Shown here: positions 40,313-52,200 of the stretch, piece after piece
Layout of the letters: every line of letters starts with the position of its first letter
Position numbering within the stretch: position 1 is the first letter of the stretch
Assembly (NCBI GenBank): GCA_002633005.1
Contig: NMRA01000034.1
Span: 581,766-645,765 of the forward strand
Length of the DNA: 64,000 nucleotides
Source: Phoronis australis
Lineage: Eukaryota > Animalia > Phoronida
Reading direction: 5' to 3'
Translations under genes and position numbers: made by a program
Notes under the pieces: generated by a model
What the model was told of the DNA's origin: nothing
Seen by the model: the letters and a program-made list of their open reading frames with translations, nothing else
The model's database searches: none

Positions 40313-42018
40313 CCGTAAACGTTCGGGTTAACGCCCTGGGCGGTTAAATTGGCAAACCCAAAAAATCGGGGGTGGGCGGTTAACCAGACATGGGCGCTTA
40401 AACGTGAAACTTCAAAAAATCCAGGGTGGGCGGTTAACCGAACATGGGTGCTTATTACGACAGGCAAGCGCCTTGGGCGGTTAATCTTACCTCGTGATCT
40501 AAGTACCCACACCACACACGTAGTCGTAGGCCTATTCGGAACGCGTAGCACTTTTCAAAGAGCGTTATCGTCAGGTCGCCACATGATGGGAAAAATGTCA
40601 TAACAGCGGATGATCCTAACAAAGGTTATCATGCCCTCAGATTAGTTATTCACTATTAAATTTACAGAATTGTTGATCAATAGCCCCGTGCCGTCCTGCG
40701 GTCTTGTTATTTAGCCCTGTAGTGCAGAGCGCAGACGACCAGTGACCACGCAGCCTCTCCTTGGATTGCAACTATTTTATCTTGCTAAAGTGCGCGCGTG
40801 CAAGCTTCACGTGTTGCAGAGGTCACAGCAGACATCAGATTTATGGTTACAGTCTCGTACTAGCTGCCAAGTTCATAGTCAGAGAGCAGTTTTAAATCTG
40901 GTTGTAATAAAAGTTTGAAAACCTTAATTCAGATGTTTTTTGTGTTTGGTATGTTTATAGTCAACACTCTGTGACTCAATGACATTTTCAGCATATGGTT
41001 CTGTGGCTTGTTGTTTTATTATCTCGACTGCCCGGCATTGCTCACTTGCCGTTGCGCCAAACATGCTCAGCAAAGAAGTAGGCCCAAGACAAGAATCGGG
41101 GTTAAGCGGCCGTGTGCCACTCGTCAATCAAGAATAAAATTTCGAGCCACGGCATACATATGTGATATATTACTTGCAATATCGCACTGCGGCACTGTTC
41201 GGTCCCGTTGTTAGCGCGCAATGTCTCAGTCGGCTGACAATCGTGACTTCGAAATGCCGTCAAGTAATATAACGGCCTCTTTTAATATACATCTCGTTTT
41301 TTATGGCCAAAGATAGCAGCGGGATTCAGCACGCGCGGAAGGCCTACGTGCGAGTCAACTGTCAATCACATGTTGGTGTCAAGGTAACATGCACTCCAAA
41401 GTGTGGGAACTTGCGCGCCGTGCACCACTACAAAGTCACACATCAAAAGAGAATAGCGACAGTCCTAAGTAACAGAAACGGGCGTGACTATATACCTTTA
41501 ATCATTGTCTCATTTCTCTGGCCTGATTTTTTCGAATATATGTTTTATCAAGTGCACGGCAGACGAAAACTCAGCGCGGCAGACTAAGTCGCTGAAAGCG
41601 GAGGTTTTGACGCCGGCGGCGTTCTTAAACTTTGCAAGCATGGGAAGAAAATAAAGTGACAAAAACGTTCAACTATTATATTTTGAAGTGAGTCCATGAC
41701 CCAAGACTCGTTACTTCTGCAATTGCAATTCATATTACTAAACCACCGTCTCGGAGGCCGGGCGTCGTTGCGCTCATTGTGATCATCGATCTTTTTCTAA
41801 AAGTCGGGGAATCTCGCGTTTCCTTAGCACTGGGCGCTAAATCTTCATTCTTTAAAAGTCGGGGATGGGCGCTTAACCGAGAGGTGGGCGCTTAACTGGA
41901 AATCTTCAAAAATCACAGGGGGGCGCTTAACCGAGCAGTGGGCGGTTAAATCGAAAATCCACCTAAAGTAGGGGGTGGGCGGTTAACTGAGCATGGGCGT
42001 TAACCCGAATGTTTACGG
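40313..42018 (+). mobile_element. Complete 1.7-kb Tc2/pogo-like non-autonomous element
   Basis: TA|CCGTAAACGTTCGGGTTAACGCCC ... GGGCGTTAACCCGAATGTTTACGG|TA (24-bp TIR, 1 mismatch). About 6 GGGCG(G/C)TTAA motifs at each end. No transposase ORF. Confidence 0.88.
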
Positions 42019-44564
42019 TAGTAATATCTGTCATACATGTCTATTCAACACAAGACTAAAACTACATTTCGCCATGTTAAACTGGCTAAAAACAAAAATC
42101 AATCGGGCGTTTTAATCTCATAAACTCAGTCTCATAATATTCCTTACTTAACAGGATCCCATTTCGACACAGGCAACATTATAACTGCAAATTTGAAAAA
42201 ACGATGCAACTGAGTTGAGTTGGTAAGAGAAATGGAACCCTGTCATATTATGAGACCCATTTTATAAGGCCTAACTCGACTTTCATTTTTAGCCAGCAAA
42301 CCAGGGCACAAAGTAGGGCAAAACAGGGCAAAATGCAGCTTAATCTATGATTTCACCAGTTTAATCACCAGTTTTCATAGAAATGCACTGTCTGCCAATG
42401 ATCTCAGTGGGGTCAGATGTCACAAGAATTGTCTTGAAGACATTATGACAAAGAAATAAACCCACAATGATCTGTTAAACTGGAAAGTACAGGTACTTTG
42501 GTAAAGAAGATCACCTATTAAGGTGGAATTCACGCCTTATTTTATCCATAGAAAACAATAAAACACATAGTTGTTGAAACAAGGCAGATACCTGACTGGC
42601 ACCTTACATGGTCTACAATGACTGCAGTACCTCGGTGGAGAAAACTAGTTCTCAAAATGCAAAACTCATGATAGTGACTATTACCCACTTACTAGTAGGC
42701 CATACGTACGTATAGAAGAATCTGCAAATAAATCCTTTATCACTTTAGGTTCTATACCATAGGTATGGTAATATATCACTCATTGAGCGCACAATAAGTA
42801 AAAAACTTCTATTTAGTTAAATTCCTCTGCAAACGTAAAGAACATTTTAGTCTATTATAAGTACTAATTGTACTGTGCAGATGTCATACAAAAATATTTT
42901 TTCAAAAATATTCATTTTTAAAAAGGTAATCAGCCTTTGAACACGGGAAAATGCGGACAGATCGCCTGGGAGCGGTGACTCTTTTCACCACCTGGCTGTA
43001 CCACGGGGTACTTCTTCGCAATAAGAAAATAGGGGAGCATTTTTATCCCATACCCGTTGACTAAGTTGATTGCAATATGGCTATGTGGTATTGTTTTCCG
43101 TATTGCACTCCCAAGACTACTATCTGAACCACATGAATATTCAAAAACATCCATGTGCTAAATAAGTTGTAGATCTTCATCTGCTTCATGAAAGGCAACT
43201 CAGTCACGGTGAGGAAGTCAGAAATCTCGTCCATCGCACCACACAGCCATTTCCTAAAAAATTCTCTTCTCAGTGCAATAAAGTGCAGACTTAGTCACTG
43301 AGAATATGCCCAAAATTAGAAAGACAGTAATCAGGCAGTTTTATAGTATAATTATATCTAAACTGTGATACGTGAACAACTACACAGCAGAAGCAATATT
43401 CAGTAGTGAAATTAGGAAAGTCTTTAGTCACTTTTTATGAAACGGGGTCTCACTTCTATATTAATTGTTCAGTTACATCGCATAAATATAATTGCCAAAC
43501 TTTTAAATTTTCTACGGCTGACTGCAGCGTAGCAAATTGCCAAGTCTTGTTTTAAGACAGCTGCATGTACAACAGTTGTTTGACAGAAATAAAACCGTGC
43601 CATTTCGTCATATTGTGAGTTAAATGGGTTAAATATTACCAAACTCATCATGACATAGGAAAGTATGTTTCATCAACATTCACCCAGGGTCAACCTAAAA
43701 CCCATTGGTCGAAAACTGTGACAGATCGTAGCTCGAGTGATCGTTACAGAATCTGTGGAATCTGACCCGGAATGTGATCCAACAATACCGCAGTTGCCAA
43801 AGGCAGGTGACAAAGCTTTTTATAGTAAGAGAAGAGCGCAACAACTTTCGGTCACACTATGGATTACAGGGTGAGTCAGACACATGCATCGATGAAGGTG
43901 CTGGCCAGAAACAAATATGACTGCGAATGCTACTCTCAGTATCCTGCAATCAATCTATGTGTAGCAAACAATAACCAGGGCTGTGTTCACACCAAAGAGA
44001 TACAACTTAAAGACTTTAACTCTCAGTCTGTAGACTTAAAACCGGTTTTAAAAGATGTAAAAGTAGGGCGACTACAACTCTCTGTGAGGGTGGTTTAGCA
44101 AGAGGTTTTAACCCTTTAACTCCATGTGAGCATGGCAATTACAAGTCATAACTTAGTAGGGGGCGCTGTTGTCAAATCTCATCAAGCATCACTGAATACA
44201 CCCCCAAGAACAGTGGTGCGACCACATCATCAAGTTAGATCAGATTTTTATCAAACACAATAAGACTAAAGAAAATCAAAAACAATTAAATGCAATAAAG
44301 ACCGAAAGAGATGCACATGATATGTACCATAAGTCCATGTAATGTTTTCAATGTAGCAGCAGTCACACAATACACCCTGTACATGAGCGGACGTGACAAC
44401 TACGTCCACCTATCTCGGTCACCCCATTTTCCATTTGTATCTAGCATAACATTTTATCACTCTTTTGGGCATGCTGACAGATTTGTTTCAAACTCGTACT
44501 TTCATTCTGTCCAACTTATTTGTTCATGACACAGTTACTTTTAATTATCCAACTGTAAATTATG

Positions 44565-44626
44565 CAATGTTAGGGTAAAATAAAAAACAACTAGACAATG
44601 TTAGGGTAAAATAAAAAACAACTAGA
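44565..44626. repeat. Perfect 31-bp tandem duplication
   Basis: caatgttagggtaaaataaaaaacaactaga x2. Confidence 0.95.
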
Positions 44627-44659
44627 TAAAGTCAAATTTTTTTAAAAATTGACTCTGTG

Positions 44660-45050
44660 GTACAGTATTATGTTCAGTTAGTCACTATTTCAAAACAGAA
44701 AAAACACATGAGATGGGCAAAAATGATGCAGGATTATTTTTTTTTACTCGTCGCTTGGCAAATCATGGGGTTTCAAATTTTGTTTGCCCTAGCGTACATT
44801 AGGCAACTCTTACGATAACACGATTTGCAAGCAAGTAGACGAGAAAGCATGCACAGTTGACCTTAGAGTATCCCGTGAATTCCTCAGCACATCGAAGGCT
44901 TAATGGCACCAGCACAGATTGAAGTGAGCTAGTCACTACTCATGGGCTTGGCCGAATGTGTATTAGAATTGCGGTCCTAACCAATGCACCTGCTTAGCGT
45001 ACTACTACGGTCACAACCGTAGTTTCAAAGTCAAAAAACGAACATTAAGT
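44660..45050. repeat. Old interspersed repeat (inverted matches at ~2670-2860 and ~32400-32530)
   Basis: Shared ggccaagcccatga.tag.gact.gctcact.caatctgtg and aatcctgcatcatttttgc segments on opposite strands. Confidence 0.65.
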
Positions 45051-45664
45051 AGGGCAGAAGACCATCATGAAAAAGTAAAATTACAACTTTCTCACCTTAT
45101 TGAGACCTGAATTGAAAATATCTACAAAATTGCTTCTCGTCCTTTTTCTAACCTCTCACAGAGCTTTAGCTCTGAACTGCAAAGTTGCACAAGCATTTTC
45201 TGACATCTTTAGGAATATAACTGAACTATATGAATCAAAACGGCTATAAACCGCACTCAATCCCAAAAGACAACTTTTGATTTGACCACTTACCGTTACG
45301 AAATTGGTCTCAAGTGTCATGCTGTCCCGAGGGTACTCCCTTACCAGAGATATAGGGGACAAAAAGACGATCAGATGGGGGGACTCTTTTAAGAACAATT
45401 TCCATTTGATAAAATTCTCTGGGTGTCTACATTGAACAAAATGGTTTGCCTTGGAAATTCAAAACTCTATAAAAAGTTCCTTTTTACAACAAAGAATACT
45501 TTAAAAATTGTTAACACAATGCAGGGTTTTCAAAGTTACTGTTTAGCTTGACGAAAAATCAGACTAACAATATAAATTTCACAAGCTGTAATTTGTTTAC
45601 ATTTTTGTAAATGAATAAAAAGGATACTATGTCTATGAGTAATAATTTACAAGTGACTGTTTTA

Positions 45665-46163
45665 GGTTAAGCAGGACATTAGAAAAATGTCCAAATTTGG
45701 TTAACTTCAGAACATTATATCTCAATAATAGCTGATAAGAAACTTTCAGACACCATGCTTTGTGCACTGTTCATCAATACGCTGTTAGGAACTGTTTTCA
45801 AGATATTTCACTTTTGCACAAAGAGATATCAAAAATAAGAATTTTATGATTTTCATGAAAAAAGTTGCATACAACAAAAATGATAGTACAGAAAATTGTA
45901 TCTTTGTTTTTGGGATTTCATCTTGAACATTTATATTAAACAAAATTGAGCAATGTTATTGATACTGTTGTTTTGTTTTCAATATACCTTCATGTTTGCT
46001 AAATGTTAGCAAAAAGACATGGTAAAGTGACCCAGTTAATGGCAGCTTTTTTAGGTCAAAAATTTAATTCTAAAGACTTTCTACTTTCAATACACATTTA
46101 CTTTTACTGAGATCAAAACTATGGTTACTTAGATATTAGGTTAAAAATGTAGACTACATAACC
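45665..46163 (+). mobile_element. Kolobok-like MITE
   Basis: ttta|ggttaagcaggac ... gactacataacc|TTAA, degenerate TIRs. Confidence 0.5.
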
Positions 46164-48797
46164 TTAAACATCTTTATCTTAATAAAAAACGTTAGCAAAA
46201 ATGTCAATTTTCTGGGTTCAAAAGTTGGTCTATGAATAAGAGACCTCCGTCAAAGAAAATCTAGCAGCAGAGCCTGGAATCCCTGTATAAATATAGGAAG
46301 CCCACTTCTGAGCCCTGAAATTGCCATTTCAATTAGAAAAAATTACTTAAATTAATAATAATCTATGTTTAAGTAAAATGTTTGTTGCGTTGTACTGACA
46401 CATCAGTATATTCTTAAACCTTATTCAGTGACACTGTAACACAAGCAATAATAATGTAATTGTTAAAAATAATGACTCCAAAATCTACACAAAATGACAA
46501 GAAACTTACTGTCTTCTTAGCAGCAACCAGAGTTCCTGTAAGGTCAATTGTGTTAATCTGCCAAACTTGTTTTGCAGTTTAGAGAGAACATATGTCTGCA
46601 ATAAAGATGGAAATTAAATCATACTCCACCATGGCCAACAGTATACTGTTTGTCCATTCAACGAACTACATCTTCCCGCCCCACTTATTAAATCTATTCT
46701 CCCAGATGATTCTAAGAAAATGATCCTTTCCAATTTCCCTAAATTTCTCTCAATAAAAAACCAACACATAAGCACTACCTACTGAAAACGTATCAGAGTC
46801 CAGTTAGTCTGTAGAAAATAAACTGTAAAGTCAAGTTAGCTTAAAGATAAATGAGAACACAAAAACAATTCATTCTTAAAAGCACTACTTTATCTAAATT
46901 TCCTTCTCTGGAACTGTATGATATAGTAAAGTCAGATATTGGCTATCATCAGTTCAATTTATATTCAAATAAATCTTTGTATGTCCCATCAACCCTTGAA
47001 CTTGTATAGTTCATGCTTGAAACTAAAAATATTTCTGACTTCCACACCAGAGACTGGATGGATAAAATGTGAAGGTTGCAATGGTTAAACAACAAGTTTA
47101 CTGTAAGCTTTCTCACTACAGAAGTTACCTTGCAATAATTATTAAAATTACAGTACTCTGACTCAGACACAGTGTGTAGTTAGACTGTAGAATTATCAAG
47201 ATGGATTGCTGCACTTATAACAGAATCTGTGAGAACAGAGGATTTTAACACAGTTGCACTAACACTACGCGGCACAAATTTCTCTTCTTAGACCGAAGGC
47301 GAACATGAAATGCACAGCCTAAAAAGTGTGAGAAAATCCCCAGTGGGTCGCGTGAGAAACATGTGTATTTATTGTGACAATTCTAGGGGAAGCCTATGCC
47401 AATGCTTAGCCTAGTTTCTGAATGAGACACCATGGTGTGAAGGTGGCCTTAGTAAGCACACGGTGCGTAATTGGCACACGTGCCACGAGTGTTTTCATAA
47501 ATAAATGTGTTAATTACAGTGTAGGCAACTTGCCATTCAAGCTAAGGGACAAAACGTACACTCTGGCAAAGCGGAACCTTATCTTTCTGGTTTCTCTTAG
47601 ACTCGTCTCCGTTCTTTATACACGTACTCCAACCGGCTTTGTTGACCTATGCCTGCACTTACCCGGTGCTAACTCTGAGAAAAATACGAAAAAATGTTGC
47701 ATTAAACACACTCTCAATAGCATTCTGTATGATCAATACACTTCCTTCCTGTTAGTTCTTACAGGAACAAATAAAGAACAATTCCAAATAAAAATGTTCT
47801 AAATTCCCACTAAATTCAGTCAAGCGCAGTAAGCCACCCAGCAAAACTCAACAATTTCATAGACATGTCTAAATCAAGTGATTTAATTATGTTGATGGAT
47901 AGACTGTGTAAATGACATCATAATATCAACAAAACAGCACCAACAACACCAGTGGGTGCACGTTTAGTAAGATGGGAGGGTAGAGTCCATCTAGAAATAA
48001 TTGAATACATACCTTTAATAAAAAATCAGACATAAAGTGAACAGGTGGATTGTAAAACTGAATTTGTAGATGTGGTTAACAAAGGGAGCTTTTCAGTTCA
48101 TCACCTGCTGTAAGAGTGGGCGTGTGCATAGGCATACGTGTGAAGGTCACCAGTACAGGCTCAAATAAAAAATAGGAAAAACCAAGATAAGATTACTCGC
48201 AAATGATGGGTGCACAAGCAGGTTGGACATATTGTAGAATGTATTGAAATTCTGCGAATGTAAACCGGAGTACAATTGGAATTAACAACCACCCAGCCAT
48301 CTATTAGAAGCATAAAATACACTACCCCCTCCCCACCCTAAGCATACCAATCTTCTCAGCCCAGAATTCATAAAATTCACACAAGGGGCCTATCAACAGC
48401 AAGACACATATTCATCACCTTGAAAGAACCCGAGAATCACAAACTGTCTTGGCCTTCGATTAGATTCGTGTTTGCGAATGTCTAGCTTTGGTGAGACAAA
48501 AACCACAAAAACCTGCAACAAATTGATCTGGATTTAAATTGGTCTACTTATTTATCAATGAGTGGTCCTACTCATACTGGCTCACTTCACAGGGTGGACT
48601 GATAAATAAAAAGTGTTTTACATTAACACCTATTATTGGCTGTCCAATTCAATAAATCACAACATTTATGTGGCGATTCTCCCAGCTAGTTTATATTAGG
48701 TCAGACAACACAATGCCAACTGTCTCCACAACAATGTATGGACTGAGGAAGTCAAAGGCACTGTCAACCCCCAAAGAAGAATGGTTCCTCCCACAGC

Positions 48798-48942
48798 AGG
48801 TCAAAGGTCACCTTCAATTCAGCACCTTGATGATTGGCTGTCTGTAGAATGACATCATCACAGCCCCCAAGTTTAATTAGCTCAAGTCATGTGTAAAGTC
48901 TATTTATGTGATAGCAACAAGTTTTCAGCATACAATTCAGTT
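48798..48942 (+). promoter_or_regulatory. Candidate Pol II promoter (DR1, inverted CCAAT, CRE-like, TATA-like, Inr)
   Basis: AGGTCAAAGGTCA 48798-48810; GATTGG 48832-48837; TGACATCA 48850-48857; TATTTAT 48901-48907; TCAGTT 48937-48942. Followed by about 260 nt with no ATG, ending at a consensus donor. Confidence 0.45.
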
Positions 48943-49201
48943 GAAGCCTATCTTGTGAAGATTTGGTGCAGCTTGCTAAACCAGCTAACAGAGCAGCACT
49001 TCTCAACTTGGTGTTCAGAGTAACAGCTACACCACTGAGCCACCACCACCACCAACCACCAGCACCACTACAACCCGAACTGACTTGTTTATCCGAAATC
49101 TTCCGACTCCCCGCAGCAACGCAAAGGTGCCTTCAAACAGTTTGAGAAGTATAGAGAAAAGTTTGCAAGAAAAACAGAGCAATCCCTTCGCATCTTGACA
49201 G
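48939..49201 (+). other. Candidate non-coding first exon (5' UTR), possibly of the UGT gene
   Basis: ATG-free stretch ending ACAG|GTGAGC (intron would start at 49202). Candidate acceptors ahead of the UGT ATG are ttactttcAG (62723-62724) and ttgtctcAG (62921-62922). Confidence 0.4.
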
Positions 49202-52200
49202 GTGAGCAGCGGCAGTGTTTTCAAGTGTCAATTTTATTTTACTTCCCAGTGGGTAAAAAGTGGTGTTAAGTTGCACTTGCACTTTTGAATTTATTCATCC
49301 AAAACCTGATTGCTAAGTAACGCTAATGGTATTAAATCTAAGTTAATTAGGAAATACAAAATATATATTAGAAACTGTAAGCTTCGAAAGCACAAACTGG
49401 TTTAAGAAAATGCCAGAGCAAAAAGAAAGTCCATAGTGCCGGGCAGTTGAATAATGAAATTTATTATTTGAACTTGTGAACCAAGTAAACTTGACATAGT
49501 CAATTTTGTAATAAAATATGTTCAAGGGCTGATCAACCAGAGACAAATTGTAGTGGACAGTTGTCAAACTTTCTTGCACTTAACATCAAAAAAGCACAAC
49601 TAAAAATCACCACTGCAAAAATCAGTAACTGTTGACCGGCTACGCAAAAACACATCAAGTCTTCAGGAAAAAGTTTCCCCCAGTTCTGAAGCCAACCGAA
49701 ACTGAGTGTACTAGAAAGTGGAAAGCACTCAAAAACAAAATGGAGAGATAGCTGAAATTCCCTGCTAAACTATCTGGGTTTATCAGTCAAGCAGGGAACG
49801 CCAAAAAATGATGTTAGAGCCACAAAGAGATAGCATGACCGCAAACAAGTCTAAAATTAACCGACATAACCCGTTTCCATCAGCCATGATGGGTGATGCA
49901 TGCAAAATTGTATTGGTCTTCACAAAACAACATCAACTTAAAGGGTTGATTCCCTCTGGAATTCAGTAAATAGACGCTGGTCAGCTCGGGAACCTGAAAA
50001 AATACTCTCAGCAAAGAGTATATCAACAGAACTAAGTACTGTGTGGTTTTTGGTAGTGAATTCTGCTGCATTGTTATTTTGTTTCAGAAAAAGCTGGATG
50101 GTTTTGAGTGGCCGAAAATTAAGAAAATTAATGACCAAAACATTTCAAGAAATAATTTAAATAAATATCAATTTATTTCAAAATCAACGTAGTTTCTAAA
50201 ACCATACATTTAATTTTGAACTGGCCAAAGTTTGTAAATTCATCTACAGGGTTTTCATGTACTGTACCGGATACTAGTGTTTTGTATTAAAATAGTCACA
50301 TTTCAAAAAATCGCCAACTTTTGCCAGAGAATTGCGTTGAATGAAGTCCACCTTGAAGAACATTAACAACGAATAATGGCAACTAAACTAAAACTTAGGA
50401 ATATACTGAGTACAGCGATATTCTATCATAGAACATTTTTAAAAGGAGTTGCTATGAAACAAGCCAAAATTTTGCCCTCCCCCCCATGTTCAAAATGTTC
50501 ATCACCAATGTGTTAATTCCATTACATCGTTTTGCACCAGTTCGTAATAATTTGTTAAGTATCGCAAAGAATGTTTTTGTTTGTTCTCGTTATCTTTTTA
50601 AGATGGATCGAAACAACGAAGGTCTGTTCATGCACTAATAGAAGTCCTCTAAAACGGAGTTACTCAGTACATAACAATGCATTTGGTATATACATAATAT
50701 GTATGGTTTGTGTATGCAATTAGTAAGCAATCATTCACATGCGACAATTAAAACAATATGACTAAATCAAGTGAATAACATCTGAAATTAAGGGGAGTAA
50801 GGCATGGTTAAATTAAATACAATAAAAGTGCGCAATTATGTGAAAGGGGCGTCTTCGACATCCCGTGTGTTAAGACAATTTTTTAAACTGCAAAACCAAT
50901 GCATAGTTTGGCTTAAAAACAGAAGACACAAAGTGCTGTTAATGCTTTGCTCCATTTGACAGAAGCTTTCGCTTATGTTAAGCCTGTTCCCAGTATTGCC
51001 GACTGTCTACAGTTGTGCAAACGGCTTCTTTATGAGGGAACGCTTTTCCCATCAGAAACTGGCCTCGCTGATACGATCGGTTGCAGTTTTTGGTACCAAA
51101 AACGGGACAAAGTTTGCCATCTAAACGGTTGCTGTTGCATGATTCTATATTAAGTCCACGTAGTCCCAAAGTGAAAAACAAGCACAGAGGCACAACATTC
51201 TGTAAGGCAAGAATCCTGCAAGTTTAATGAGATTACCCTAGAACATGCTATAGGAACGACAGATCTTGCTGGTGTTTCTAAAGCAAGCCATTGAATTAGA
51301 ATGACAAACAAAAACAAAATTTCTGCCGCTGAGCTGGTTTATAGGACTACCCAGATGGTTATGCATCAAAGTCTCTTCAATTTAAGAACATGGTCTGCTA
51401 GGTAACTGAAACGTTTTTTTGTAATTTTTGTCTTAAAAGATATGTAGCACCAAATAAATACTTTATCATTTTTAAGCTTTGTATCACATCTACCATTGGG
51501 AAACATTTCGAGAAATCAGTGTTTACACGATTTCTGAAAACCTTTGAAAAAATGAAGAGATCAATTTTGCGTATTTTTGTTGAATTTTTAGTGTAATGAG
51601 TCAAGAGAAGTCAAACCCTGACTGCTCACTATTTTCCTTGTGTAAGCCAAGATTTCTCACTAAAAGTATTCCCCATAATGCAATACACTTAGTCGAAGAC
51701 ATGAGCGACAGAATTAGGACAAAAATCACCACCTATTATGCTCTAATTCTCCACATGAATTATGGCAAGTCTGGCAGAAATAGGACAATCTGTTCATGAG
51801 GTCTTGAATGACCTCAGTGTCACTAATTAGTGTTGACAGTTACATTTGAGCCACACACTTTTGTGTTCTAGACCTTTATTTGAGAAATAGTACGAAAACA
51901 ACCGCTCCCTGTAAGTCAACTCGAACTGTTTTCAAACAAGCTGTAGTTGAATGGCACGACCCCGATTTGAGACCAATTATTGGGTTAATCCATGTGCACT
52001 TAAATTCACTACCAGGAGTACCCTGGAGCAAGCTCAGCTGAAATGTAATAGTCCCACACTGTGGCCCAGAAATGACAGCTTTACTAAATGTTCTTTTGTA
52101 CTAGGGTAATGTTACAGACAATACCAGTCATTCCACAGTCAGTGTTGATTTGGTGGAGTCTGAATGATGGAGTTCCATAACATAACTTACGTACAGGAAT

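Noticed and set aside
40313-40500. Short GGGCGGTTAA repeats with variable spacers, superficially CRISPR-like
   Set aside because: Repeats are about 10 bp and sit inside the TIR-bounded ends of a eukaryotic transposon. No cas genes are present.
44570-44606. TTAGGG hexamers
   Set aside because: Only two, produced by a 31-bp duplication. Not a telomeric array.
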